DNA of 38,277 bases from Octopus sinensis (Eukaryota), in the NCBI RefSeq assembly GCF_006345805.1, contig NW_021832457.1, positions 1 through 38,277 on the forward strand, given 5' to 3'. The position numbers were made by a program, and so were the translations under genes. Within the stretch, counting starts at the first letter, position 1. Every line of letters starts with the position of its first letter. The notes under the pieces are model-generated. The model worked only from the letters and a program-made list of their open reading frames with translations. It was not told the DNA's origin and did not search any database. Below are positions 11,900 to 24,422 of this stretch, one piece after another.

Positions 11900-12575
11900 G
11901 TAGGAGGCCACCGCAACAACACAACATCACGATTCCAGCAATATCACCACTGCACTAACACCTCAGCATCGCCACACCCTCACCGTCATACTACCTCCAA
12001 CACTGTGGCATCACAACGCCAATCGCTACGCCACTACAACATCGAACACCAGAACCACACAACCACCAACACTGTTGTACTAGCACTAAAACCACTACAT
12101 TATGCAATCATCAACACCATCATAACACTACCCATACCATCGCTTCAATACCACCTCTTAACACCACCACTGCTAACACCAACCGCACGCCAGCAATAGT
12201 AGTACCACTAATACCACTCCACCACATCCAGTAATACCACAAACTACTACCAACACCACCACACTGCCACCGTCACCACCACACCACAACCAATACCAGT
12301 ACTGTCACGTTATTACCAACTCTACCAAACTACATTATCATCAATACAGCCATACTACTGCCAATACCACCACATAACACCACCAGCAACACTACCATCA
12401 ACACAACCACACAACCAGCATGCCAACAACGACAGCACTATACCACTGTTATCCATACCACACCACTAATTAAGCACTAATACCCTGATATCACCACACT
12501 CCAACACCATCAACACCACCATCACCCTTCTCTAGCACCACCACTCCGGCACTACCACTCCACCGCTACCAACCA
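11900..12575. repeat. Cryptic (ACC/ACT/AAC)n low-complexity tract
   Basis: Degenerate trinucleotide periodicity, G-poor. Confidence 0.85.
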
Positions 12576-12732
12576 ACCGAAAATTTTGTCTAACGCCACA
12601 GTAACAGTTGCAGCATTATTGACGAAGTCTGTTCAGTGAAGCAGTTCGGCAATATAGTATTTTATCTATCCAACCTAACACTGATTATGAGTTTATGAGT
12701 TACTTAAGTCAATTGAAGTAATAATAATAATG

Positions 12733-12806
<74 letters not shown>

Positions 12807-13019
12807 GAGCGAAAGCAAAAGAAAAGTAAAAAAAAAAACGGCATTTTGCAACCACCGGCGTCCTGGCCGATATCGTTCAGGATAATGGTCCTGCACTGAA
12901 GTTTTATTATCACTCCGTTTTCACGGTCTGTGGGCAACATTCCAGGCTTGGTTCACATGGGGGAAGTTCTGAGGTGTGAGTGGCACGATGTTCTTCCACA
13001 CTAACCACAATGCATCACA

Positions 13020-13044
13020 CACATATGTATATACATATATATCA

Positions 13045-13089
<45 letters not shown>

Positions 13090-13124
13090 TGTGTGTGTGC
13101 GTGTGTGTGTATGTATGTATTATG

Positions 13125-13157
<33 letters not shown>

Positions 13158-13730
13158 GAATGAATGTATGCATATATATGCATATATATATACATACACC
13201 TATACACACACGCCTACACACCTACATACACACACATGCATACACACACACACATGTACGCACATACACACACATATACGCACATACATATATACCCACA
13301 CACATGTACACACACACATACGCACATGCATGCATGCATGCACACGCGCACACCTACACGCATACACACACACACACGCACGTACACATACATACATTAC
13401 ACACACGCATACATACACCCATACACATACATGCATCCTACACACACATACATACACACTCACACATACATACACACACACACTCCACTCACTCACCACA
13501 CCTGTATGTACACGCACACACATGCACATACACACACTTCCTCACACCCACACGTACATACATACACACTCATACACAACACACACCACACACACACACA
13601 CGGACATACATCTATGCACACATATATACACACATACTCACATACATTCATCGGACACACTGCCACCCAGACATACACACAGACACACTCACACATCCAC
13701 ACACATACATACTTACGCGCATACTCGCAG
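13020..13730. repeat. (TG)n, (TA)n and long degenerate (CA)n tract
   Basis: Directly visible; source of the 249-343 aa His/Thr ORFs. Confidence 0.95.
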
Positions 13731-14274
13731 GCGCGCGCACACACTCGCTTGCGCCGGTTCGCGCACGCATACGCGCCGCATGCACCTCGCTCTTGGACCC
13801 GACGAGACCTCCCGCCCGTTCCTGGGACCGTCGCTTGTCGTTGGGTTTTCCCACGCCCGTCTCCGCGGGACCACTCTTCCATCTTCCCCTCAGCTGGAGT
13901 CCTTTTTCCTTAACCCCCCCTTTTTCGTTACACAACGCGCACACATATACACACATTGCTTAAATATATACATTACTCTTACACACATTCAATCTACTCG
14001 CCATTAATACTACCACGACACTGGACACACACACACTACTACTCACACACGCTGGCACGCTACATACGCCCCCACCCCTTCCCCTTCCCCCTCCTCCTTC
14101 CTTCTTTTTCTTATTACTACTGACCTTTGTCTGCTAAGCTGACCACTGTCTCGCCCTACCTCACACGCCTACACACAGACGCACACACTAACACATACAT
14201 ATTTTTTTGTTTTTTTATCTCGCCTCACACACATACACACACGCACACGCACACACTCACACATACACACACAT

Positions 14275-14581
14275 CTGTTGCGTTACCAACCTTGTCTCCA
14301 CTCTTTTGCCTTTAAAAAACCTACTTTGCTCTTGTTATCGTAAACATCCGCTTTCACCATGTGCAACTCGTAAAACACCAGTCGTTTTTTTTTTTTTTTT
14401 TTTTCTCTATCCCTGTTGCCCGCTCTGGGATCTTTCTTTCCTCTCTCTTCCTTCTTTATGTTTCCGACGAAGAGCTCCGCTCGAAACGTCATACCTCCCT
14501 GCTTCCATTTCCTGAGCGGCTATAATAATAATACTGTAATTGTTCCATTGTTGTTTTTTTGTTTCCCGTTTGGATTAAATT
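14275..14581 (+). mobile_element. Penelope-LTR-like short element with minimal hammerhead-like motif (copy 1)
   Basis: ccgacgaagagctccgctcgaaacgtc (14464-14490)...ttcctgagcg...aattgttcca...gtttggattaa, ending in (TA)n; homologous to 18384-18603. Confidence 0.6.
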
Positions 14582-14585
14582 ATAT

Positions 14586-14618
<33 letters not shown>

Positions 14619-14818
14619 ATATGCATATTAATGTGCATATGTATATATATATATATTATATATATATTTATATATGCGTCCATATATATGCATATACATA
14701 CTATATATGTATACGTGCATACGGACACATATAATATATATATATACATATAATATATATGTATGTATGAATGAATGTATGCATATATACATATATATGG
14801 ATACATAAAATATATATG

Positions 14819-14850
<32 letters not shown>

Positions 14851-14986
14851 CTAATATATATATAATATATATATATAATGTATGTATGTATGTATGTATG
14901 TATGTATATACATACACATAGATACTTTCATACACACAGATATATACATAAACAAACGCACACAGAGGCACACACGCACATATATG

Positions 14987-15033
<47 letters not shown>
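14582..15033. repeat. (TA)n/(TATG)n/(TG)n tract
   Basis: Directly visible. Confidence 0.95.
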
Positions 15034-15035
<2 letters not shown>

Positions 15036-15197
15036 TAACATTAAGCGTACATTACACCACACAGACTAACAAGTATACATAAACATGACATTAGTCACAA
15101 TGGTTCTCATTACACACATTGCACCTCACAAACATATCCCTTATACACCCGTCACAGCACCCATATTGACCCCTACACACGCCTCACACCAATTACA

Positions 15198-15555
15198 CTT
15201 TTTTATCTTCTATCTGTTTCAATTATTAGATTGCGACCATGCTGGGACACTGCTTTGGCACTTATTCTGTTAGACTCTTTTGCTGAAGCGCTAAGTTACA
15301 GTTATCCAGCGATGGTGGGAGGCAGGCACACACAAGGACATCTACACATATGTGCGTGAGGGCGGGTGCGTGTGTGTGTGTGTATACAGCGGGGCGCTTC
15401 TACAGAGATTCCACCTACCATATTCACTAGCATATTCATTGGTCGCCCAAGTGATATGGTAGAAAAAAACTTGCCCAAGGTGCCACACGATGAGACTGAA
15501 CCTGAAACTACGCGGTTGTAGGGCGAGCTTCTTAACCACACGACCATGCCTGCGC
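15198..15555 (-). mobile_element. Family B SINE, diverged
   Basis: Tail (ccatgctgg..cactgc), internal (TG)n and head acttgcccaaggtgccac...cttaaccacacgaccatgcctgcgc. Confidence 0.75.
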
Positions 15556-15837
15556 TTATATCTTACCCCCCATATCTTATACTCGCCTATACCTTATTCC
15601 CCACTACAACTACTTCACACCACATATATTTCACACTACACATATTTCACAAAACATATTTCACACTGTACATAATGAACACAACACAAACTTCTTACCT
15701 GAGAGAAAACCCATTACACGGACTTCGCGCCATACGTATTGCCACTACAAACACACTCCACACCACATATATATTTTAGTACATAAGTAGAAACCTTGAT
15801 CCTCCACACTGCCTACTCTACACGATCGAGTCGCTCG

Positions 15838-16075
15838 CTCTTTTACTCTTTAACTTGTTTCAGTCATTTGACTGTGGCCATGCTGGAGCACCGCCTTTAG
15901 TCGAGCAAATCGACCCCAGGACTTATTCTTTGTAAGCCTAGTACTTATTCTATCGGTCTCTATTGCCGAACCGCTAAGTTACGGGGACGTAAACACACCA
16001 GCATCGGTTGTCAGGCGATGTTGGGGGGGACAAACACAGACACACAAATACACACAACACACACAACACAACACA

Positions 16076-16145
<70 letters not shown>

Positions 16146-16334
16146 ATATATATAATATACATATACATAATACGACGGGCTTCTTTCAGTTTCCGTCTAC
16201 CAAATCCACTCACAAGGCTTTGGCCGACCAAGGCTATAGTAGAAGACACTTGCCCAAAGTGCCACGCAGTGGGACTGAACCCGGAACCATGTAGTTGGTA
16301 AGCAAGCTATTTACCACACAGCCACTCCTGCGCC
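15838..16334 (-). mobile_element. Family B tRNA-headed (CORE-type) SINE, full length, with internal microsatellite
   Basis: Minus strand: ggcgcaggagtggctgtgtggt (A-box-like), gggttcagtccc (B-box-like), ttgggcaagtgtctt (CORE-like), internal TA/TG tract, tail ..gactgaaacaagttaaagagtaaaagag. Confidence 0.9.
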
Positions 16335-16670
16335 TGCTTTAAAAAAAACCCAACAGCACTACCCTTAAGTGTAACGTCTTAACAAATATGAACGACATAC
16401 GAGATTGTCTTGATTGGAACGCTTTTCATCATATATACCCTTGATCAGAACTGATATCAGGGCTAAATAACATTACACATCGTATATAAACAGAGGAGAA
16501 ATGCTCTACATTCAAGACTAAAGAAGCATTCGTCCAGAACCGATATTTCTAATACTTCAGTCAGCAAGAAATAGCAGCAAAATGTTCCTGAAACTTGACC
16601 GTTCTGTCTTTGAAAAAAAAATAGGAAGTCCGCATTGAATAATACCGTCCTAAACTACACTGTGCCTGAA

Positions 16671-16714
<44 letters not shown>

Positions 16715-16941
16715 AGGAAGGAAGGAAGGAAGAAAGAGAAAGAAAGAAAGAAAGAAAGAAGGAAGGAAGGAAGGAAGAAAGAAAGAAGGAAAGAAAGAAG
16801 AAAGAAAGAAAGAAAGAAAGAATGAATGAATGAAAGAAAGAATGAATGAAAGAAAGAATGAATGAATGAAAGAAGGAAGGAAAAAAGGAAGGAAAGAAAG
16901 AAAGAAAGAACGAATGAATGAAGGAAGGAAGGAAGGAAGGA

Positions 16942-16989
<48 letters not shown>

Positions 16990-16990
16990 G
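16671..16990. repeat. (GAAA/GGAA/GAAT)n polypurine tract
   Basis: Directly visible. Confidence 0.95.
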
Positions 16991-18102
16991 ATTGGGCAAT
17001 GTTGATCGGAATGTTTGGTCGTAGATCTCCTTGATCAAAACCGACCCCGGGTTAAACAGCAGCTATTCTCTTAGATTAACGTAGGTGAAAGAGTTAGTTT
17101 ACCACCTATGCTTCATATAATTAATGCAGGTAAGGTAATTTTCTTTCAGTATGCCCTTCGCTTAATATTTGCATCCAATCAGAATTGTTGAAGGGCGTAA
17201 CCCCAACCTCCAGTAATAATGAGAAGAAAAAAAAAACACTTATAAAATAAGAAAGTGAATACAGATGTGAAACAAACTATGAACGATAATTGACTGAAGA
17301 GAGCGGGAGAAATTCTATTAGACTATAAATCACGTGGAAGGGAATATATAAAAAAAAAAACAGAAATAAAAACAATAAAAGAAAAATTACTAATGTAAAT
17401 ATAAAAAATACAAATGAATATTTTGAAAAATGAACATGAACGAAAGTAACCGAAAATAACCGAAAATAGCCGAAAATAACTCAAATGCCATTATACATTG
17501 TTTCAGAAATTCACAAATCGGTATATTAATAGGTGTATATATATGTACAAGCGTATTGTGTGCCTGTATATATGTGAGCTTATGTATGTTCTGAGTGTGT
17601 ACTCGCACATGTGTCTGTGCATGTGCTTGAATGTGTGTCTGTGCATGTGTTTGAATGTGTGTATGGTCGTGTGTGTATCTCTGTACCGATCTATTTCTTT
17701 ATATGCAGTATGTGTGTATGCGCCATTTTGTATTAACTGTTAATATGTGATTGAATCTGAATATATTAGTTAGTGGGGGTGGCGTATAGTTTATTAGTGT
17801 TAAGGACTCGAATGCATTCTTAAGAGAATGATAACTGCACGGTGCATATGTGTATATTGCGTGTGTACGTATATATGTATATATTATATATATATAGATA
17901 TATATATATATATATATAGTATATATATACAATATACATAACATACATATATACATGCACACACGCGCACGCCGGCGCACGCACGCACACGTATATATAT
18001 ATGTATATATATATATATAATATATATATACCATATATATACACACATATATGTATACATATATACACAAGTATACACACAACGCACACAGACACACACA
18101 CA

Positions 18103-18300
18103 CATGGCTGTGTGGTAAGTAGCTTGCATACGAACCACATAGTTAGGGGTTTAGTCCCACTTAGCGGTCCGACAACAGAACTGATAGAATAAGTAGTAGG
18201 CTGACAAAGAATAAGTCCTGAAGTCGATTTCTTCGACTAAAACCCTTTAAGGCGGTGCTCCAGCATGGCCACAGTCAAATGGCTGAAACATGTAAAAGAA
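18103..18300 (+). mobile_element. Family B SINE with internal deletion
   Basis: The head (tggctgtgtggtaagtagcttgc...gtttagtcccact) is fused directly to the tail (tagcggt...ggcggtgctccagcatggcc) at an 'act' microhomology. Confidence 0.85.
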
Positions 18301-18307
18301 CACATAC

Positions 18308-18359
<52 letters not shown>

Positions 18360-18383
18360 TATATATAGATATATATATATATA

Positions 18384-18603
18384 GTTAATCCAAACAAGAA
18401 AACACAGAAAAAAAAGAAAAAAAAAGAAAAAAAACAGCAACGCAGGACGTGGAACAATTAAAGATTATTTGACGCTCAGGAAAGAAGGGAAGGAGGGTTT
18501 AACGTTTCGAGCGGAGCTCTTCGTCGGAAAAAGGAGAAGGAAAGATCACAAGGAGGGAAGACAGAGGAGAAAATATTTGAGCTGGTGGTGCTTAAGAGAT
18601 CAC
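18384..18603 (-). mobile_element. Penelope-LTR-like short element with minimal hammerhead-like motif (copy 2)
   Basis: The reverse complement of 18501-18527 is ccgacgaagagctccgctcgaaacgtt; (TA)n on both sides. Confidence 0.6.
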
Positions 18604-18648
<45 letters not shown>

Positions 18649-18685
18649 ATAATATTATATATATATATATATAATTATACATATA

Positions 18686-18846
18686 TACGACGGACTCCTT
18701 TCAGTTTCCGTCTACCAAATTCACTCACAAGGCTTTAGTCGGCTCGAGGCCATAGTAGAAGACACTTGCCCAGAGTGCTACGCAGTGGGACTGAACCTGG
18801 AACCGTGTGGTTGGGAAGCAAGCTTCTTATCACACAGACACGCCTG
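18686..18846 (-). mobile_element. Family B SINE, 5' half
   Basis: ctttcagtttccgtctaccaaat...agaagacacttgccc...gtgggactgaacc. Confidence 0.85.
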
Positions 18847-19242
18847 TTTACTATTGTGTGCGTCTGTATGGAATGGCATATATACGTTTTAGTGGGGCAG
18901 GGTTATTGTATTGAAAGCGATTGTGCCCGTAGCCTTTGCAAGACCTCTGCGACTAGGGAGATTGATGTTTCCCCTTGAACATTTGAAAGCCGATGATTAC
19001 AGGAAAAAATACCTGGTTGTCTGGTCATCTAACCTCTCAAACCTCTCGGCAACAAGCCATAGAAGATATAATCAGGGACGAGATTCCATAGGATCGACGT
19101 TGTGAGAAACAAGCCCTACGTCTCTGTTACTGCGGAGAGGTGGTGTTAATACAACACGGGTGCCGAAAGTAAAAATGAAGTCGAGAGCATATGGGCGGAG
19201 CTAGCATGAGATCAGAGATCTACAAGGAGAGGCCACTATAAT

Positions 19243-20002
19243 CTTTTCTACTCTAGGCACAAGGCCTGAAATTTTATGGGTGGGAAGGACAGTCGATTAT
19301 ATCGACCCCAGTGTGTAACTGGTACTTAATTTATCGACCTCGACAGGATGAAAGGCAAAGTCGACCACGGCGGAATTTGAACTCAAAACGTAAAGACAAA
19401 CGAAATACCGCTAAGCATTTCGCCCAGCGTGCTAACGTTTCTTATTTCTTTATTGCTCGCAAGGAGCTAAACATAGAGGGGACAAACAAGGACAGACAAA
19501 CGAATTAAGTCGATTACATCGACCCCAGTGCATAACTGGTACTTAATTTATCGACCCCGAAAGGATGAAAAGCAAAGTCGACCTCGGTGGAATTTGAACT
19601 CAGAACGTATCGGCAGACGAAATACCTATTTCTTTACTACCCACAAGGGGCTAAACACAAAGAGGACAAACGGATTAAGTCTATTATATCGACCCCAGTG
19701 CGTAACTGGTACTTAATTTATCGACCTCGGCGTAATTTGAACTCAGAACATAGCGGCAGACGAAATACCTATTTCTTTATTACCCACAAGGGGCTAAACA
19801 CAGAGGGAACAAACAAGGACAGACATAGGTATTAAGTCGATAACATCGACCTCAGTACGTAACTGGTTCTTAATTTATCGACTCCGAAAGGATGAAAGGC
19901 AAAGTCGACATCGGTGGAATTTGAACTCAGAACGTAACGGCAGACGAAATACCGCTCAGCATTTCACCCGGCATGCTAACGTTTCTGCCAGCTCGCCGCC
20001 TT
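19243..20002 (-). mobile_element. Family A SINE multimer, 4 cores
   Basis: Four aatttgaactca (B-box) cores, head ending gctcgccgcc, tail cttttctactctaggcacaagg. Degenerate TSD ggagaggccactataat (19226-19242) / ggagggatcactatgat (20003-20019). Confidence 0.9.
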
Positions 20003-20383
20003 GGAGGGATCACTATGATACCGATAGAAGAATGTAGAGAATGGGTAGCGCGCTAATGTGCCAGAGGTTGGTGTATATTGGTGAATGACTCCATCTCAGT
20101 CTATCAAGTTGTGTATTTCATTTCTGTTAATAAACCATTGGCATGCAATCCAAAATAAAAAGTGTATTTTTATGGATTTTATTGATTCAAGTATTTTTAC
20201 GAATAAATTTCAGTGTATGTGACTGTTAGTGATAGCGAGTGTGTTTGTGTGGGTATTGTATTTGAATAGCTTAGCTATAAGTAGAAACCACTTTTCAAAT
20301 AAAGAACACAAAGACAGTGTTAGACGCCGAGAGAAGATTTTTTTTTTTTGATCTTTTTGATTTTTATGATTTTTTTATTTTAG

Positions 20384-20478
20384 AAGAAATGATCCGAGAC
20401 AGTCGGTCGAACTATTTTGCTTACTTCCAGCTTATCAATCATCTGATAAGTACGACCGTCTGTCACGGATCATTTCTT
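20384..20478. other. 30-bp inverted repeat (hairpin or MITE-like)
   Basis: 20384-20413 vs 20449-20478, 27/30 complementary; inner hairpin cttatca/tgataag. Confidence 0.8.
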
Positions 20479-20496
20479 TTTAAATGATATACAAGC

Positions 20497-20497
<1 letters not shown>

Positions 20498-20567
<70 letters not shown>

Positions 20568-20701
20568 ATAAGCAGAAAGACAGACAGACAGGCAGACAGA
20601 TAGACAGGCAAGCAGACAGACAGACAGGCAGACAGATAGACAGGCAAGCAGACAGACAGACAGACAGACAGAGGGACGGATGGATTGATGGATGGATGGC
20701 A

Positions 20702-20745
<44 letters not shown>

Positions 20746-20849
20746 GACAGAAAAAACAGGCAAGGAAGGAGACAGACAGACAGACAGATAGACAGACAGG
20801 CAGGCAGGCAGGCAGGCAGACAGACAGATAGACAGACAAGCAGGCTGGC

Positions 20850-20938
<89 letters not shown>

Positions 20939-20940
20939 TG
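20498..20940. repeat. (GATA/GACA/GGCA/GA)n tract
   Basis: Directly visible. Confidence 0.95.
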
Positions 20941-21774
20941 AGGCATTACATGACATGTTCTGTGAGGTTTTTCTTTTTTTTATGATTATGTTCATAATAA
21001 TGAAGCATAATAAACGAGGATGATCTTTAAATTCTTTCAATGACAAGCTTTTATATTCCGAGTAATACTTGAAATTGTACTGCGAATTTTTGTATTTCTT
21101 AGATTATATTGGCATAAAGCATGAAAATCCCATTTACACACAAGTTGAAGCAAATGGCCAAAGAAATATTGATGCCTGCTCTCAGAGGTTTTGTAAATCA
21201 CGTAAATGCTCACCATATTTTTTTTTTTTTTTTTCCATGGTGGATTACAAGATCATATTCAATTTCCATAAATTCCTCTTAAAGGTTCTCTGGAATGGTA
21301 TTCACATCTGAAGTAGAAGGTTTGTCATGTCCGAGTGTGGGAAATGGGAGATAGCTTTTGGAAATTGTCATATATATATATATATTATATATATATATAT
21401 ATAATATATATATATTTTCAAATGATCTATATATATATATATATATATATTTTCAAATGGTCTATAATTTCAATATTTTGAATACCATCCTTTTCTCCAA
21501 GTACTGCATTAAGATATTAAACTTGAACTAAACTTTACACTCCAACTATCACGATCCATTGTTTTAATTTTTCAAAATGCTATTTGATTATTCCTTGATG
21601 AGTAAATAAATAAGCACCTTATTCTTACAGCTGGAGATTAAGCTTATTCAAAATACCAACTAGTTATGCAAGTTTTAAATTTGATCTATATATATATATA
21701 TATATAAGGTGGTCATCTTTACCTTTCCCCTGGAGAAATGGCTTTCATTTTTCAATCAATTCGAAAACTCAATA

Positions 21775-22905
21775 GGCGGCGAGCTGTCAGAAACGTTAGC
21801 ACGCCGGGCAAAATGCGTAGCTGTATTTCGTCTGCCGTTGCGTTCTGAGTTCAAATTCCGCCGAGGTCGACTTTGCCTTTCATCCTTTCAGGGTCGATTA
21901 AATAAGTACCAGTTACGTACTGAGGTCGATGTAATCGGCTTAATCCCTTTGTCTGTCCTTGTTGTCTCTCTGTGTTTAGCCCCTTGTGTAGGTAGTAAGA
22001 AATAGGTATTTCGCCTGCCGTTCGTTCTGAGTTCAAATTCCGCCGAGGTCGACTTTGCCTTTCATCCTTTCAGGGTCGATTAAATAAGTACCAGTTACGT
22101 TACTGAGGTCGATGTAATCGGCTTAATCCCTTGGTCTGTCCTTGTTTGTCCTCTCTGTGTTAGCCCCTTGTGGGTAGTAAAGAAATAGGTATTCGCCTGC
22201 CGTTACGTTCTGAGTTCAAATTCGCCCGAGGTCGACTTTGCTTTCATCTTTCAGGGTCGATTAAATAAGTACCAGTTACGTACTGAGGTCGATGTAATAG
22301 GCTTAATCCCTTTGTCTGTCCTTGTTTGCCCTCTCGTTTACCCCTTGTGGGCAGTAAGAAAGAATAGGTATTTCGCCTGCCGTTACGTTCTGAGTTCAAA
22401 TTCCGCCGAGGTCGACTTTGCCTTTCATCCTTTCAGGGTCGATTAAATAAGTACCAGTTACGTACTGAGGTCGATGTAATCGGCTTAATCCCTTTGTCTG
22501 TCCTTGTTTGTCCTCTCTGTGTTTAGCCCCTTGTGGGTAGTAAAGAAATAGGTATTTCGCCTGCCGTTACGTTCTGAGTTCAAATTCCGCCGAGGTCGAC
22601 TTTGCCTTTCATCCTTTCAGGGTCGATTAAATAAGTACCAGTTACGTACTGAGGTCGATTAATCGGCTCTAACTTAACCCTTTGTCTGTCCTTGTTTGTC
22701 CTCTCTGTGTTTAGCCCCTTGTGGGTAGTAAAGAAATAGTTATTTCGCCTGCCGTTACGTTCTGAGTTCAAATTCCGCCGAGGTCGACTTTGCCTTTCAT
22801 CCTTTCAGAGTCGATAAATTAAGTACCAGTTGCATACTGGGGTCGATCTAATCGACTGGCCTTCCCTCCCCCAAAATTTCGGGCCTTGTGCCTAGAGTAG
22901 AAAAG
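21775..22905 (+). mobile_element. Family A SINE multimer, 6 cores (~180-188 bp period)
   Basis: One head (ggcggcgagctg..), six ctgagttcaaatt cores, five internal X tails (..ccccttgtgggtagtaaagaaata) and one terminal Y tail (..ccttgtgcctagagtagaaaag). Perfect 14-bp TSD AATTCGAAAACTCA at 21758-21771 and 22906-22919. Confidence 0.95.
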
Positions 22906-23520
22906 AATTCGAAAACTCAGCAAACTTTCCCTGCAAACAACCACCGTACAGAAGTGTAAAATAGTAACTCAACAATATCAGAACCCATGTCCCAGCGAAG
23001 TTTTTAAAATAGATGGGTAGTCATTCACAGTCAATGATTTTATGTATATGGCCAATTTCACCAACTTTTATTTGACAACTATGTTCAATTTTCATTTATT
23101 CTTAATACGTTCCGGCAGATTCGAACGAAAATATGCTAGTTGCTCCTATGTACGTCACAGGCAGCGAACAACTTTTACGATGAGGTGTTCATAACATATT
23201 AGGCACATTGATGCGACGGACTCTAGGACACCGGTGTTTCGACATGTTGAGTCACGTCAGCCATCAGTAAAGAGTTCATTCGCTGAAATTATAATCAAAA
23301 ACGAGTAGCTTTCTTAAGCCCAAAGCTTCATGTACCTCTCGCTAACGAGACACAACATGCTGAAATACCTAGAATCCCTTACACCAATTAACCAAATGTG
23401 TTATTAAAACAATATCGTCGTAAAAGGAAGACGCTGTTTTCCGGTGAAGTATACAACAACGACAAGCATATTTACATTTGAATCTACCAGATACATACAT
23501 ACATTTTTGTCGCACTTTTC

Positions 23521-23808
23521 AAGCCTAGCCAGGCTCATGGACCCGGTTTCCCGGTTTCTGTGGCGTATGTGTTCCCCCCAGCTGGACGGGACGCCAGTCC
23601 ATCGCAGCGTTACTCAAGAAACAGGAAGAGAGAGTGAGAGAAAGTTGTGGCGAAAGAGTACAACAGGGGTCGCCACCACCCCCTGCCGGAGCCTCGTGTA
23701 GCTTTTAGGTGTTTTCGCTCAATAAACACACACACGGTCTGGGAATCGAAACCGCGATCCTCCGACCGCGAGTCCGCTACCCTAACCACTGGGCCATTGC
23801 GCCTCCAC
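23521..23808 (-). mobile_element. Family C tRNA-derived SINE
   Basis: Minus-strand head gtggaggcgcaaTGGCCCAGTGGttagg...GGTTTCGATTCCc. Contains gatggactggcgtcccgtccag, resembling the V-SINE central domain. Confidence 0.8.
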
Positions 23809-24184
23809 ACATACATACAGACAGGCAGACAGACAGACATATATACGTAGTATATCAACAGGCTCTAAGGCCATTGAGTTTGTAAGGTTCCCAGCATCGG
23901 AAATACATGAGCGTGTCAACAATTACAATCATACACTTCAAGTATTGAAATATTCACTCTGTTATACAATAAAATATTGCGGGTAGTTTTACGTCCCTTT
24001 AATAATTCGAAGTTTATGGAGAACTGATAAATTACTGAAGGAATGGTAAAGGATACGTCTCTTGGTTGGAAAGCTGGACAATTTCTTTGAGTGGTGATGA
24101 GAGCTTTCATCTTCATGTCTGTTTTCTTGTATACCCACACTAATACACGCACCAAAAACATACACACGCGCGCGCGCACGCACA

Positions 24185-24215
<31 letters not shown>

Positions 24216-24378
24216 TACAAACACATACACACAAGCGTGCGCGCACATACACACTCATGCAACATTTTTTTTTTAATATCTTAATGACGGTCATATTACA
24301 AATGAGTTATTAATTATAACTTCAAGGCTTCAGAAATCCATAAAGTTCGTTTTCAAACAATTTAAGTTGTTGTAGTAG

Positions 24379-24379
<1 letters not shown>

Positions 24380-24422
<43 letters not shown>

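Noticed and set aside
13730-13930. CpG-rich patch inside the (CA)n tract
   Set aside because: No recognisable motif or frame; it may be repeat-derived or low-quality sequence.
12976-14007. Long ORFs of 249-343 aa, and similar Tyr/Ile/His/Thr/Val/Cys-rich ORFs throughout the window
   Set aside because: They are translations of (CA)n/(TA)n/(TG)n microsatellites, which have few stop codons.
18865-20210. Possible solo LTR interrupted by the SINE tetramer
   Set aside because: AATAAA and higher GC are present, but I could not define TG..CA termini with a TSD.
21102-21200. Possible plus-strand exon, or hAT transposase dimerisation-domain remnant (LKQMAKEILMPA)
   Set aside because: Too short and ambiguous to call either way by eye.
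21775-22905. CRISPR-like regular array
   Set aside because: The entire ~180-bp unit repeats with no unique spacers, no cas genes are present, and it has a Pol III head and a TSD.
23740-23808. tRNA gene
   Set aside because: A and B boxes are present, but no complete cloverleaf or terminator is evident; it is the head of a SINE. The same applies to 33720-33794.
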